Part shown: positions 24,462 to 37,310 of the stretch, piece after piece | How the letters are laid out: the number at the start of each line of letters is the position of its first letter | Position numbering within the stretch: position 1 is the first letter of the stretch | Source: an uncultured Planctomycetaceae bacterium | GTDB lineage: Bacteria; Planctomycetota; Planctomycetia; Planctomycetales; Planctomycetaceae | Direction of reading: 5' to 3' | Assembly: GCA_963813715.1 (NCBI GenBank) | Contig: CAWFAK010000017.1 | Span: 768,001 to 832,000, forward strand | DNA: 64,000 bases | The notes under the pieces: model-generated | Database searches by the model: none | What the model was told of the DNA's origin: nothing | Seen by the model: only the letters and a program-made list of their open reading frames with translations | Position numbers and translations under genes: made by a program

Positions 24462-27400
24462 ATGGCTGAATGCGATCCACGGGCAGCGACCATAAAATTT
24501 GAGGTCGATCAAACCTCGGCCGCTGACGCTGCGCCGACGAAATTGCCAGAAACGATCGGACGCTACCGGATCATCAAGTTGCTCGGCAAAGGTGGATTCG
24601 GGCTGGTTTATCTGGCGCATGATGACCAACTCAGCCGCCCCGTGGCCGTCAAGGTGCCCCACGCTAATCGGGTTGTCCGTCCCGAAGACGCCGAGCTTTA
24701 TCTGGCCGAAGCTCGCATTGTAGCCAGTCTCGAACATCCGAACATCGTCCCGGTTCACGACGTGGGGAGCACGGCGGAATTTCCCTTCTTCGTCGTCTCG
24801 AAATATGTCGAGGGTTCCGATCTGGCGACGAAGCTCAAGGAGTCCCGGCTTTCTTGTCAGCAAGCGGCGGAACTGGTGGCGACCGTGGCTGAGGCGTTGC
24901 ATTACGCTCACAAGCAAGGGTTGGTTCATCGAGATGTAAAGCCCGGCAACATCCTGATCGACAACAATGGCAATGCGTACGTCGTTGATTTCGGCTTGGC
25001 TCTGCGGGAAGAAAACATTGGTAAAGGACCGAAGTATGCCGGAACGCCCTCCTACATGAGCCCCGAACAGGCTCGTGGGGAAGGGCATCGGGTCGACGGC
25101 CGGAGCGACATTTTTAGTCTCGGCATTGTGTTCTACGAACTACTTGTCGGCCGTCAGCCGTTTCGTGGCGAGACGCAGGTCGAACTGCTGGAACAAATCA
25201 CGACTCAAGAACCCCGGCCTCCACGGCAGATTGACGACCGTATCTCGAAGGAACTGGACCGCATTTGTTTGAAGGCCCTCTCGAAGCGGGCCTCGGAGCG
25301 TTACTCGGCGGCAAGGGACATGGCCGAGGATCTTCGGCACTTTCTGGCCGAGCAGACCCTCAACCAGCATTCCGGCCATGTGGAGAAAGGCAGCGGCTCG
25401 CGTGCGGTCATGCCGGTCCAGGAACCACCGTCCACGTCGATTGCGGCCAGCCGATCCGGTCCAATCTCGGCCACGGCGACAATGCCCTCATCCGACAGCC
25501 AGCCGATCAAGATTGTGCCGAAAGGCTTGCGGTCGTTCGACGCTCACGATGCCGACTTTTTCCTGGAACTGTTGCCGGGGCCACGAGATCGGGACGGACT
25601 GCCTGACAGTATCCGATTCTGGAAGACCCGCATCGAGGAATCCGATTCTGAAAATACTTTTTCTGTCGGATTGATCTACGGCCCATCGGGCTGCGGCAAA
25701 TCGTCGCTGGTGAAGGCGGGGTTGTTGCCTCGTCTGTCCGAAGACGTGATCGCCGTTTACGTCGAAGCCACCGCTGAGGAAACAGAGACACGGGTTCTGA
25801 ACGGTCTGCGGATGCGCTGTGCCGCTTTGTCCGACAACTTGTCGTTGAAAGAAACAATGGCTGCCCTACGCCGGGGCCAGGGAATCCCCGTGGGTAAGAA
25901 GGTGCTGATCATCCTTGATCAGTTCGAGCAATGGCTGCACGCCAAGAAGGAGGAGCAAAACGCTGAACTTGTGCAAGCGCTTCGTCAATGCGAGGGCGGC
26001 TCGGGTCCAGTGCATCGTGATGGTGCGGGACGATTTTTGGCTTGCGGTGAGCCGGTTCATGCGTGAACTGGAAGTGCGATTGGTCGAAGGACAGAACAGC
26101 GCCTTGGTCGATCTCTTCAACGTGGATCATGCGAAGAGGGTGCTCGCCGCTTTCGGGAGTGCATTCGGCAAACTGCTACAGAAGCCGGGCGCAACGACTC
26201 GGGAGCAAAAGCAGTTTCTCGAACAAGCCGTGAATGGCTTGGCCCAGGACGGCAAGGTCGTCTGCGTCCGTCTGGCCCTTTTTGCCGAGATGATGAAGGG
26301 AAAGCAGTGGACGCCTGCGGCACTAAAAGAGGTGGGAGGGACCGAAGGCATCGGCGTGACCTTCCTTGAAGAAACCTTCTCTGCAACGACTGCTCCACCC
26401 GAGCATCGCTATTACCAGAAAGCGGCTCGTTCCGTGCTGAAGGCGCTGCTCCCGGAGTCAGGCACGGAAATCAAGGGGCACATGCGTTCCCGCCAGGAGT
26501 TGATGGAAGCATCGGGTTGCGGCGATCGCCCGCGGGAGTTCGAGGATCTCATTCGCATTCTAGACAGCGAAATCCGGCTCATTACGCCGACCGATCCCGA
26601 AGGAAGTGCAGCGGCCGAGGACTCGCTGGCCAAAGTCGAAGTCGGTCAGAAGTATTATCAACTGACGCACGATTATCTGGTCCATTCACTTCAGGATTGG
26701 CTGACCCGCAAGCAAAGAGAGACTCGGCGAGGTCGAGCCGAACTGCGACTTGCGGATCGTGCGGCCTTGTGGGACGCCAAGCCGGAAAATCGGCACCTGC
26801 CGTCGCTCTGGGAGTTTCTCAACGTTTGGTTGTTGACTGACAGGAAGAAATGGACCCAGCCGCAGCGGAAGATGATGGGCAAAGCGGGACGAGCGCATGG
26901 CATTCGATCCGGCATCGCTGCCGCAGTTGCGATTGCTGCCGTCTTCAGTGCATGGCAGATCAACGGGCACTTCCAGGCAACATCGCTCGTGAAACGACTC
27001 GTCGCCGCCGACATCGCCGAGGTTCCCGGCATTGTCCAAGAGTTGGGTGCCTACCGTCGTTGGGCCGACCCATTGCTGCGGCAGGAAGACGTCAATGCAC
27101 CACAGGGCTCCAATAAAAAACTCGATTTGGATCTGGCACTCCTGGCCGTGGATCAAAGCAAGCTTGCCGAACTACGGGAAGACTTGCTGCACGTCTCGCC
27201 GAGTCAGTTCCCGTTGGTCCGGGACGCTCTATTGCCGTATAGGGACAGCGTGGCTAACCCGCTGTGGAATGTGGCGCTGGACACGAAGCGAGAAGCGCCG
27301 CAGCGGTTTCAAGCAGCATGTGCCTTGGCGACCTATGCCCCTGACGACAACAGATGGAGTCGGATCAACACGTTTGTTGCCGCTCATCTGGTGACGCGGG

Positions 27401-28959
27401 AGGCATCGGCGCTCGGGGCGTGGCGGGAGGCCCTGCGTCCCGCCAAGGAGCAATTGATCAAGCCGCTCGCTCTGATTTATCGGGACACAAAACAGAAAGA
27501 ACAATCTCGTACCTACGCCACGGAGATGCTGGCGGATTACGCCGCCGACCGGCCGGAAGAATTGTTCAACTTGCTGGCCGACGCCGAGCAATTCCAGTTT
27601 CCCGTGCTGTTTGACAAGCTGGTTGTGTACAAAGAAAAAGCTGTCGATCTGGCTCACGAGGAACTCGCCAGAAAGCCGCCGGAAAAAGCGGGCGAGGAGC
27701 AGAAAGAACTGCTCGCAATGCGGCAGGCCAATGCCGCCGGGGCCCTACTCCGGCTCGGAACACCGGAGAAAGTCTGGCCGCTGCTCACGTTCAGCCCGGA
27801 CCCCAGGGTCCGCAGCTACGTCATTCATTGGCTCAGCCCGCTGGGAGGCGACCCACAGCCGATCATTCAACGGCTCGATAGTGAGTCCGACTTAACGATT
27901 CGGCGGGCCTTGGTACTCACGCTAGGCCAATTTACGGAGACGCAATTGTCTCCGGCTGAGCAACAACCGCTGATTGAGAAGCTGCTGATCGTCTACGAAA
28001 ACGAACCGGATGCGGGACTACACGGTGCGGCCGAGTGGTTGTTGCGGAAATGGGGCCACGCTAAACACATGGAAGCCGTCATCGAGAAACTCAAGAGCAA
28101 CGAGCAGCAATTACAAGCCCGAAAGTCGAGCGACAAGCGGCAATGGTTCATCAACGCGCAGAGGCAGACGTTCGTGATTGTGGATGCCGGTGAGTTCCTA
28201 ATGGGATCGCCGAAATCGGAACCCGATCGTTTCCCAGATGAATCCCAGCACCGCTGCCGCATTGGACGGCGGTTTGCAATCGCAACGACCGAGGTAACGA
28301 AGGAGCAGTTTCGACGATTTCAAACGGCACGGCCCGAGATTGCAAAACCGCAAACGGACCAGTGGGTGAAGACGGACGACTCGCCGCAGGTGCAGATGAC
28401 GTGGTACGAGGCGGCGGCGTACTGCGACTGGCTGAGCGAGCGGGAAGGGATTCCCAAGGAACAATGGTGTTACGAACGCAATAAGCAGGGGAAATATGCT
28501 CCAGGAATGAAGGCCAAGAACAAATTCTGGGAATTGACTGGCTATCGGTTGCCCACGGAGGCGGAGTGGGAATTTGCGTGTCGAGCGGGAACGCTGGCGA
28601 GCCGTTACTACGGGCAGACCAAAAGCCTTTTGGCGCAATACGCATGGTATCAGTCGAACGGCCAGAACCGGACATGGCCCATCGGGAGCTTGGAGCCAAA
28701 TGATCTTGGCTTGTTCGACATGCTGGGGAACGTTTGGGAATTGTGCTTTGACGCGTCCGTAGATTACCCGCAGCAGCCAGACAAAGTTGTCGAGGACATG
28801 CCCACGACGCAACCCGTCGAAGGGACGAAACGCCGTATGGTGCGTGGCGGGGCGTTCAGCGATCGATCGGAGTACGTCCGTTCCGCCTACCGTGGCGACG
28901 ACCAACCGGACGACCGTTACTACAATATCGGTTTCCGTCCGGCCAGAACGTTCCCCTGA
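24462..28959 (+). CDS. Ser/Thr kinase - nSTAND1-type NTPase - helical repeat - FGE-sulfatase (CLec-fold) fusion (frameshift ~26000)
   Basis: Kinase motifs; GPSGCGKSSLVKAGL and ILDQFEQ; YQLTHDYL; FLMGS, RLPTEAEWEFACRAG, GLFDMLGNVWE, RGG..RSA.R..IGFRPART. Confidence 0.9.
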
Positions 28960-28992
28960 GCGGCTTTACTGCTTTACCTCTATTGCTCACGC

Positions 28993-29240
28993 TCAGGCCG
29001 TGCCTTTGCGATCAACGACCGCTCCATCCAACAACCCGAGCAAGAACTTCTTACCGGCGAGACGCATGTACGGCCCAAACGACTCCTCAAATGTGTCTTC
29101 GGTCACGCCGGTTCGCTCACCCTTCTCGTTGAACCACACACTGTTGCGCTTCGAGAGCACCAGCCAGACTCTCCATCGGCACTCCTTCGCAAAGACCGAA
29201 GCGAATTCCTCCATCGCCGCACGAGACGCTTGAATCTCAG
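28993..29240 (-). pseudogene. 3' fragment of an unknown gene
   Basis: Protein-like C-terminal 80 aa; the upstream part of the frame is just the antisense of the DUF1501 fragment. Confidence 0.35.
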
Positions 29241-29289
29241 GCGGAATCATCTTGGTCGAATAGACGGCGCACATGATTCGGGCGACGAG

Positions 29290-29764
29290 GTGCGACGCGC
29301 CCGAGGCGGTCGATTTCGCACAAGAGAGCGCGGCAACGCAGAAGCTGTACGGGCTCGATAACAGCCGCACGTACGATCGCGCCGGCAACACCGACAAGCC
29401 GATCGCCGGGCTGATTAAGGATCTCAAGCAGCGCGGACTGCTCAACAGTAAGTTGATCGTCTGGGGAGGCGAATTCGGCCGACAGCCTACGGCGGAGTAC
29501 GCGCAAGGGACCGGCCGCGACCGTAACGCCTACGGATTCACGATGTGGATGGCGGGAGGAGGCATTCGGGGCGGACAAAGCGTCGGCGCTACCGACGAAC
29601 TCGGCTCGGTTGCGGTCGAGTCCCCTTTCCACGTCAAACACCTGCACGCAACGATTCTGAATCAGCTGGGGCTCGATCCGAACCAGCTCTCCCACTTCTA
29701 CGGCGGCCTGAACCAGAAACTGGTTGGAGTCGAGCACGTTAGCCCGATCAGGCAGATCATATGA
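29290..29764 (+). pseudogene. DUF1501-family C-terminal fragment with internal deletion
   Basis: APEAVDF.QES..LYGLD jumps directly to DKPIAGLIKDLKQRGLL..WGGEFGR..WMAGGG..GATDELG; N-terminus missing. Confidence 0.8.
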
Positions 29765-29824
29765 AGATCGGTGTCGAGCAGATCGGCAGATCGTGGTGAG
29801 AGCGTCACGGATCGCCAGCCATTT

Positions 29825-30745
29825 TCAGTCACGACGATTCCGGAGATACCGATCAAACCAATTTGCGAACGCCGTGACATCCTCGCTCGACCTCCAAAAG
29901 TCCCCCCAGCCGTGTCCTTTGCCGGGACGAGTAATCAATTGCACATTTGTCGCTCCGACCGCTTTCGCCCGCTGCACAAAGGCCTCGGCTTGCTGCAGCG
30001 GAACGACCGTGTCGGCAGCGCCGTGAATGATCAATGTCGGCGGTAGTTGAGACGTCACGAAGTAGATCGGCGAGATCTCGCGGCCCAGGCTCAAACGCTC
30101 TTTCGGGTCGAGCGCACGCGGGCCAAAAGCCGCCCGCAACGGAGCCAACGGTCCCGCCCCCACCCCGCAAGTTCCGGGACGTCCGTAGTTCAAAAAGTCC
30201 GTCGGCGGAAAGAAGCAAGCCGCCGCTTGTACGCCACTGCTTTCTCGCTCGACCGGGTCCTTCGCATCGGCCCGTCCCGCACCTCCCTGTGTGGCGATCG
30301 AAAGCACGAGGTATCCTCCCGAACTCGATCCCAGAATGCCGATCCGATTCGGACGCACTCCGTACGTTCCCGCATTCGCCCGCACAAACCGCACGGCCCG
30401 ATGCACGTCCGCGACAATTTCCGGAATCGCAAACTTTGGCTGCGAACTCGTCACAACCGCGAACACCGTATACCCGCGCTCGAGATACGGCTGATAGTCC
30501 TCCGGTCGGATCGTCACCATCAACGGCGTCGCTTTACTCGACTGCCAACCCCCATTGACCAAGAACAGCAACCCGCAACCATTGCCGCGCGCCGGTTGAA
30601 ACACATCCAGCGTCAACGCCATTCCGTGCTTCCGCCCGTAGATCACATCCTCCGTACGGCGCACCGTCGCGGCGTCATTTGCAAGGGCGGGTAAGCAGGA
30701 GAGCAGTGCGAGGACCGCGATGCAGCACTGGATTTTGAATCCCAT
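29825..30745 (-). CDS. Exported alpha/beta hydrolase (esterase/lipase)
   Basis: Signal peptide; GSSSGG nucleophile elbow, HGAADTVVP, GKGHGW. Confidence 0.88.
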   Translation of the reverse strand: MGFKIQCCIAVLALLSCLPALANDAATVRRTEDVIYGRKHGMALTLDVFQPARGNGCGLLFLVNGGWQSSKATPLMVTIRPEDYQPYLERGYTVFAVVTSSQPKFAIPEIVADVHRAVRFVRANAGTYGVRPNRIGILGSSSGGYLVLSIATQGGAGRADAKDPVERESSGVQAAACFFPPTDFLNYGRPGTCGVGAGPLAPLRAAFGPRALDPKERLSLGREISPIYFVTSQLPPTLIIHGAADTVVPLQQAEAFVQRAKAVGATNVQLITRPGKGHGWGDFWRSSEDVTAFANWFDRYLRNRRD

Positions 30746-31047
30746 GCCAATCGATTCTCTCGAGGTGCGCGTTTTGGAACAATCGACGCCGCGGGATGTT
30801 TACCCTCTGGAATCGCTGACAAGTCTCGAATTGGGGCAGGAATCACCCTCTTATCCCGTTGTCCGTGAGATCACGGACGCACGTGCGACCAGCCGTGTGT
30901 CGCCGCCACACACTTCGTCCGGTTCCGAACAGCCACGAGGTCGGAATCGCGACATTTGAGTTTCAGAAACTCGTCGAATCTGGGAGGTTCCATCTAAGGA
31001 ACGTTTCTTGACTCCTCGGTCACGGCTGACTCCCAGGGCTCTGACCG

Positions 31048-32482
31048 TCATCGCGGCTTCGGCACAGCCGCCGCCTGCGCCTTAACCTTCTCCCGCCATT
31101 CGGCGGCCTTTTCGGGTTTGCCCCAGGCTTGGTAGAGCTTCACGACGCGTTCGGCCGCTTCGGGGACGCGGCGTTTGCCTTGGGGGAGGATTGTCGCCTC
31201 GCGGGACTTGAGGCCCTCGTAGCCGGCGAGGATCAGCGGCTGGACTTCGGCGTATTTGCCTTGGCCTAAGAGAGTGCCGCCGAGTTGGGAGCGGGTGTTG
31301 AAGGTGGTCCAGTTGTCGGGCTCGATCTTTTCGCGGATGGCCAGGCACTGGCGGAGCATGGGCTCGGCCTCGGACGGTTTGTCGTGGTTGACCAGCCAGC
31401 CGCCGAGCTGGGCCAGGGCCGGGGCCGTGCGCGGATCGTCGGTGCCGAACTGTTGCTTCGAGCGGCCCAGCAGGTCGCGCAGCAGCGGCTCGACCTTGGC
31501 GGGCAGGCCGCTGGCCTCGTAAGCCTCGGCCAGGAGCGACTTGGTGACGAGCGTGGTGGGGTGATCGGGGCCGAGCGTCGAATCGAGCTTTGCGAGCGCG
31601 GATTCGAGCATGGTGCGGGCTTCGTCGACGCGGCCGGCGATCCAGTAAACGGCCGCCAGACTGTTGCGACTGGCCAGTGTATCGGGGTGGGTGACGCCGA
31701 GCTTTGCCTCCCGGTATTTGAGATTGGTTTCGAGCATGGTGATGGCTTCGTCCTTCCGGCCGACGGCGTTGCACTCGAGGGCGAGGTTATTGCGGCTGGT
31801 GAGCGTGAGGGGATGGTCGGGCCCGAGTAACCGCTCCCGCTTTTTGAGCGTCACCTCGTCGAGCGCGCTGGCATCGGGAATGCGGTTCGCATTCCAGTAA
31901 GCCAGGGCGAGATTGTTGCGGCTGGTGAGCGTCTGTGGGTTGTCGGGCCCGAATTTCGCTTCGGTCTCTTTGAGATTGGCCTCGTGCAGCGCGATCGCCT
32001 CGGCGTTGCCGCCGTTGGACGAGTAGGCCATGGCGAGATCGTTGCGGCTGGCGATCGTGATCGGGTCGGCGCTCCCCAGCTTTTGCTCGGCGATTTTGAG
32101 CGTGGGCTCCAGGAGCACGATCTCGTCGTCGGTGCGGCCGGCATCGAAGTATGCCTCGCCCAGCTGGTTGCGGGCTTCGAGCGTGTCGGGATGGTCGGGG
32201 CCTAACTCGGACGCCCGCAATTTGACGGCACGGTTGAGCTGTCGAATGGCCGCGTCCAGCTTGCCCAGATAGACGTAGGTCATGCCCAGCGCACTGCGGA
32301 TCGACGCTTCGACGGCGGGCTTGTCTTCAAACGATTTGGCGATCTGCGGCTCAGCGGCGTCGACGGCCTGACGGATTGTCGCGTCGCGGCCCAGCCCTTC
32401 CTCTTGGCCCTTCGGCCGGGCAGCGGCGAGCACGCGGTCTTTCACGAAGGCGAGCACGGCTTTGGCCTCGGCCTCGGCGCGT
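31048..32482 (-). pseudogene. TPR-containing C-terminal half of a kinase-TPR gene; kinase domain lost
   Basis: AEAKAVLAFVKDRVLAAARP..EGLGR aligns with [25 protein letters not shown] of 3301..6313; upstream sequence is unrelated. Confidence 0.75.
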
Positions 32483-32602
32483 AAGTCCTTCAATGCCGCG
32501 GTCACCAGATCCATCTCGGGCTTGCTCTCTCCGCCGGAGAAACTGCGGACGATCTGCATCACGCGGCCGGCGTCGACGAGCACGGCCTTGCTGCTGGTCT
32601 TC

Positions 32603-32991
32603 GACACGCTCACGGTTCTCGACGGGGCGAACGCCCAGCACAAGATTCGTCTCGCCGGGATCGACGCGCCCGAGGAGGGGCAGCCGTTCGGGACCAAGGC
32701 TCGGGAGGCGTTGGCCGGCAAAGTGTTCGGCCTGACCGTCCGCATCGAAGTGATCGACGTTGACCGCTACCGCCGCGAAGTCAGGCGCATCTACCTCGGC
32801 GATCGCTTCATCAACATGGATATGGTCACCGACGGCTTTGCTCGGCGGTACGTCACGTCCGACAAGCCGGGCGAGTTAGCCGGCGCGGAAGCCGAGGCCC
32901 GCAGAATCGACGCGGGCTTTGGGCTGATCCAAACCCCGTACCGCCGTGGGAGTGGCGACGGGAGAAACGCCCGGCGTCGCGGTCCCGCTGA
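32603..32991 (+). pseudogene. Thermonuclease (SNase-like) fragment, 5'-truncated, with a frameshift
   Basis: DTLTVL..KIRLAGIDAPE..QPFG..DRYRR; GLWADPNPVPPWEWR in the shifted frame. Confidence 0.8.
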
Positions 32992-33302
32992 CCATCCTTC
33001 CCGGCTCGCATGGACCCCAACGGCCGGTCGGGCTCGACTCGCTGGATGGTTCTCGCGCTCTCGCTCCTCGGCGATTGAAGTGAACACCACCACCGATCAA
33101 TTGGTAACCGTTTGGAAGACTCGGTTCTCAAGCTGTTATTGCGAGCGGGCGCGATTGATCGTCCATGTTGCTTAAAGGCAACACGGACGAGGCGTTGTTC
33201 AGGGTGGCGGGTTGTTTCCGACGTTCCGCGCACTAAATTTGATTTCGAGTCGCGAGTATTCGCGGCAAGCGGAGTCGAGCAAGACCGCGATCGGAGTTCG
33301 TC

Positions 33303-33878
33303 GTGCCGTCACAACTTCAAGAAATCGTCGATGCGATCCGTCGACGACCGTTCGTCGAGCCCTTGATTGAGCTCGAGCGGTTCGCGAAGGACGAGACGCT
33401 TCACGGACAGGGCGGCCAAGAACGGCGGCGCTTCCGCCGTTACTCACTGATCACGAACGTGGTCGTCCTGCCTCTTGACGATCAGCTGCGTCCCATCGGT
33501 GAACCGTTCGTGGCACTTTCGAGCGGCATGTCGGTCGACGGAATGCGGCTGATTTATACCGATCCGCCGCCCACCGACCACCTCTTCATTGAGATTGACG
33601 GCCAGCCGGTTCGCTTCGTGCTTTCCGTCCTGCGCAGTCGCCCGATTGGTCACTGTTTCGAGATCGCCGGCCGCCTGCTGAATGCCGACGTTGTGAACCA
33701 CGAACCGGTGTCACCGGTTCCAACCGGGGGAAACTCGATCGCGACCAGCAGCGACGAGTTCGCCACCTCGCCTGCTGAAGTTTCGCCCGCCTTCGATGAA
33801 TTTGCGCACTGGGCCGGCGTGAGTGCGGCCGTGCAATTGCTCCGCGCGAACCTCGGTGCGAAGTCACATCGCGCGTGA
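33303..33878 (+). CDS. PilZ-like domain protein
   Basis: ERRRFRR (RxxxR), then MSVDGMRL (degenerate D/NxSxxG) and a beta-rich body. Confidence 0.55.
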   Translation: MPSQLQEIVDAIRRRPFVEPLIELERFAKDETLHGQGGQERRRFRRYSLITNVVVLPLDDQLRPIGEPFVALSSGMSVDGMRLIYTDPPPTDHLFIEIDGQPVRFVLSVLRSRPIGHCFEIAGRLLNADVVNHEPVSPVPTGGNSIATSSDEFATSPAEVSPAFDEFAHWAGVSAAVQLLRANLGAKSHRA

Positions 33879-34341
33879 ACCTACGTTGTGAGCGCAGCGG
33901 GTTTGGACCGGGATCCAGCTTGCTCGTCAGGTAGCGGCCGAGGTCGAAGGAAATGCGCGGGCGGATTCTCGTCTCTCACGATCAAAGTCCGTTCGGGCAA
34001 TGCGTTCGATAGTGACGCCCTCGACAACTCGCACTTTTCGACCTTCGATGTCCTGCGGCTTGTCGGGCTCAAATTTGTCGGAACGGATGAAGACAGTTTT
34101 CCCCTTCTCTTTGGTCTGTTCCTCATTCAGGTTCAGCACGCCGGTAGCCGCGCAGATCCTCGCTGGGCCTGCCAATGAATGACGAGGAGCCCGGCTCCGC
34201 GACCAATGCCCGGTGCCAAACCCGAGCGCAAACTCTCGCACTGCCAGCGACGCTTGCTGCCCAAGCTTCGGTTTCGAGATAGATGCTCAATCCGCCGTAT
34301 AGTCGGGGCCGTAAAGGCTTTTTGTGTGCCGCCGATCGTAC

Positions 34342-36931
34342 TCACGGAAATCTCAACTCGAATGTCTCTGATTTCAAAACCGCGGAGGTCGAACCGCAGC
34401 GTGTTGTTTTCGACACCCTGCGGCGCGCCGGATCTTCGAGCAGATTGCATTCGCAGGCCGACGCGAGCCTGCCGCCAAACTGGATGGCGACGTTTTTGGC
34501 CGGCCGGTCGGTGGCTTCGTAGACGCGCAAAATCGCGGAGCCGTCGCGACCCGGTTTCAGAGCCGAGACGACCACATCGGACGGCGCGACTTCGAGAAGG
34601 CCCCATCGGTGCGGTAATTCGCCGGTGTGCGTGGTCGCTTTGGCTGCGATGAGCGGACGATTGAATTCCAATCCGGCGCGGAAGACATTCGCGGTCCGCC
34701 AATCGCCGGCATGTGGATAGAGGGCGTATTGAACTGTCCGCGATTTTCCCAATTGTCGCCCGCTTTCGGAGGACATCCCCGGCTCGTAGCCGCCGCCGAA
34801 GCCGTAGGCGCCCAGCGTGTGCGAGCGCAGCAGCGAGACCATCATCGTGCCGTCGGTTGTCAGGTTGCCCGGCAGGCCGCGGTTGAGAAGCGCCAGGCCC
34901 CCCTGGGCATCGCTGTAATCGACCCAATCTTGTGCGGGGAACTCGATCCCCTCGGGCCGTTCGATCGAACCGAACGGGATCGAGTGCACGATCTTGCCGC
35001 GCGCAACGGCGGTCGGAAACAGAGCCTGGTATCTCACGTATTTTTCATGGTTGACGAGCGTCGTCCAGATGTCGATTCGCGGCAGGCCGTGGTAGCAGCG
35101 GATGCGCGTCTCGAAGGAGCCGGTGTCGAACGGATAGGCCACGCGGAACTCGGCAAAAACCGACCCGGAACGCATCTGTTGCGGCGGGCCGTGAAATTCG
35201 CTGGTCAATTTCGCCTGGCCTGCCCGCGGGACCGGCTGCTTGCGCTTCATGGCGATGGCGCTTCCGCCATCGAGTCCCTGATACAGCTCCCAGAGGTCGC
35301 CTTGATCCGTCTCGCGGCTGATCACGTTGGCCGGTGCGGCCAATAACTCGCGCCCGCCGGCCTTTTCGACGAGGCTGGTGACTGCACCCGTCGAGGGATC
35401 GATCGTGAGGCGGTAAAACTCGCCATCCACGGACGGGGCCGTCTGTTTCTCCGGCTGGTCCGGATGTTTTTGGGGGATCGCATGCAACACGCAGTACCCC
35501 AGCGCGGGGGACGTCGCGCGCCAGAAATATCAAACGCCCTGTCTCAATCCCGCCGTCTTTGCGGCGCGCCGACTCAGCCAGCTGCACCGGAACTTCCTTG
35601 CCGTCGGCATCTTCCACGCGAAAGCTGTGGACGCCGGGTTCGGCGATCCCGACGGTCGCTTCGGCCACGTCGGTGCGCGGCCAGCCCAGCGTGTTGAAGA
35701 CGATAATCGGGATCCCGTCGCCGCGAGTGTCGATCTTCGCCGTAATTTGTTCGCGGAGCTTGTCAATCCACTGGTTGCCCAGGCGGCGGGAGAAGGCGTA
35801 ACTGGCGAGCGTGTCTGCGTAGACGTGATCCGTCATCACTCCGGACGCAAGGTCGTGTGTTTCATTAAACAGCACCGGCTCCCACGCGGGCCAGCACATG
35901 CGCTCGGGGATGCCGCCGCCCAACCGTTCGGCGAGCACGCCGAGAGTCTCTGCAGTCGTCAACAGACGCTCCATGTCGCGCATCTCTTGTTTGAGTTCGA
36001 TGCGGCTGCTGTACGTGCCCTGAAAAATCGGGTTCAATTCGCCGCGAAAAACATCCAGGTTCTTGCGTTTGGCGACGACGGCCTCGAAGTCGGAGGGGAC
36101 GGCCATATTCAATCGAATCGGCTCGTTCGGCTGTCGGTTGTAGGCTTCGATCATCGGCGCGAGGTGCTCTTCTGGCACCGAAACGTCGACGCCCGACAAG
36201 CCGACCCGATCGGCCTCGCGCGAGTATCTCCCCAGAAGCTCGTAGCGGCCTTTGACAAACTGCTCGAAGTGGGGGAGAACCCTGGGCGCGTTGTACATCA
36301 GACCGTAACTGTGCGGCAGCCAGAACGCGGGAATTTGTGTGCCGTCGATTCCCTGCCAGAGAAACTCCGAGGAATGCCGTCGATTGGGCACGCCACGCGA
36401 GAACCAGAATGTTTTGTAACCGGCCAAGCGCAGCAGCTGCGGCAATTGGGCATGATGCCCGAAGGTGTCGATGAGCCAGCAATTGGTAACGTCCACCCCG
36501 AGCTGTTCGCGGTAGTAGCCTTTACCGTAGAGGATTTGCCGAATAAAAGTCTCGCCGCCGGGCATGTTCACGTCGGGCATGACATCCATCCCCAGCACGA
36601 GTTGGAGCCGTCCCTCGGCGACAAATTTGCGGAACGCGGCGGCCTCCTCGGGATAGCGCTCCAGAAACGGCCGGACGTAGGCGACCTGGTCCAGCACAAA
36701 CCGGTAGCTCGGCTGAGTCTTGAGGAGCCGCAGCGCTTCCAGAATGTGCGGCAATCCGATGTCGAGGTACTCTTCGCGCGTCTTGAAGACGGCCCCCTCC
36801 CAGTGCGTGTGCGGGATCACCCACAATACGCCCTGTGGCTTGGCCGGATCTTTGCCCCTCGCGGCCCCCGGAACGAAGACGGCTGACAGAGACAACAACA
36901 AGGCGGTGAGCAAAAGGCTGTTTGTGCGCAT
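34342..36931 (-). CDS. Exported GH38 alpha-mannosidase-family glycosidase (frameshifts ~35500, ~34430; 3' end approximate)
   Basis: PHTHWE, WLIDTFGH, FLWQGIDGT, GTYSSR, NETHD, VFNTLGWPR. Confidence 0.9.
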
Positions 36932-37310
36932 CGAATCCTCGAAAAAGCGCCGAACCTTTGAATGAGGTCAAATCTCACGCCGGCGTCCTGTTCGCAGACT
37001 ACCTTGGATCTGCAAATCGGGAAATGGGCCGAACCGGACAGTCTCATTTCGGTCCCCGGGCGGAGGTTGTCCGACGGCTTCATCGGTTGAGCGCGGAGTT
37101 TACGACGCCACGACGCTCGAATTTTGGGTCGCGTACGCGAAGAAGGACATCGAGGTCTAGAAGCGGCCCTTCGTGCACGTCCAGTGAAAGGACTATCCCC
37201 ACTGAGGGGAACGCGGCACCGCATGCGGCCCGCAGCTCGCGCGTTTGCGTCAAAGCATGCACCTGGCTAGCATCGGAACTCGGTCGGTTTTTCCACGCAG
37301 AGTTCTCAGG

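Noticed and set aside
24462..31000. Complete DGR cassette
   Set aside because: No reverse transcriptase, Avd-like gene or second copy of the variable region seen in the window
31048..32745. A single 565-aa TPR gene as given in the ORF track
   Set aside because: The first ~90 codons are antisense SNase plus an unrelated fragment; only the part below ~32482 is TPR-kinase derived
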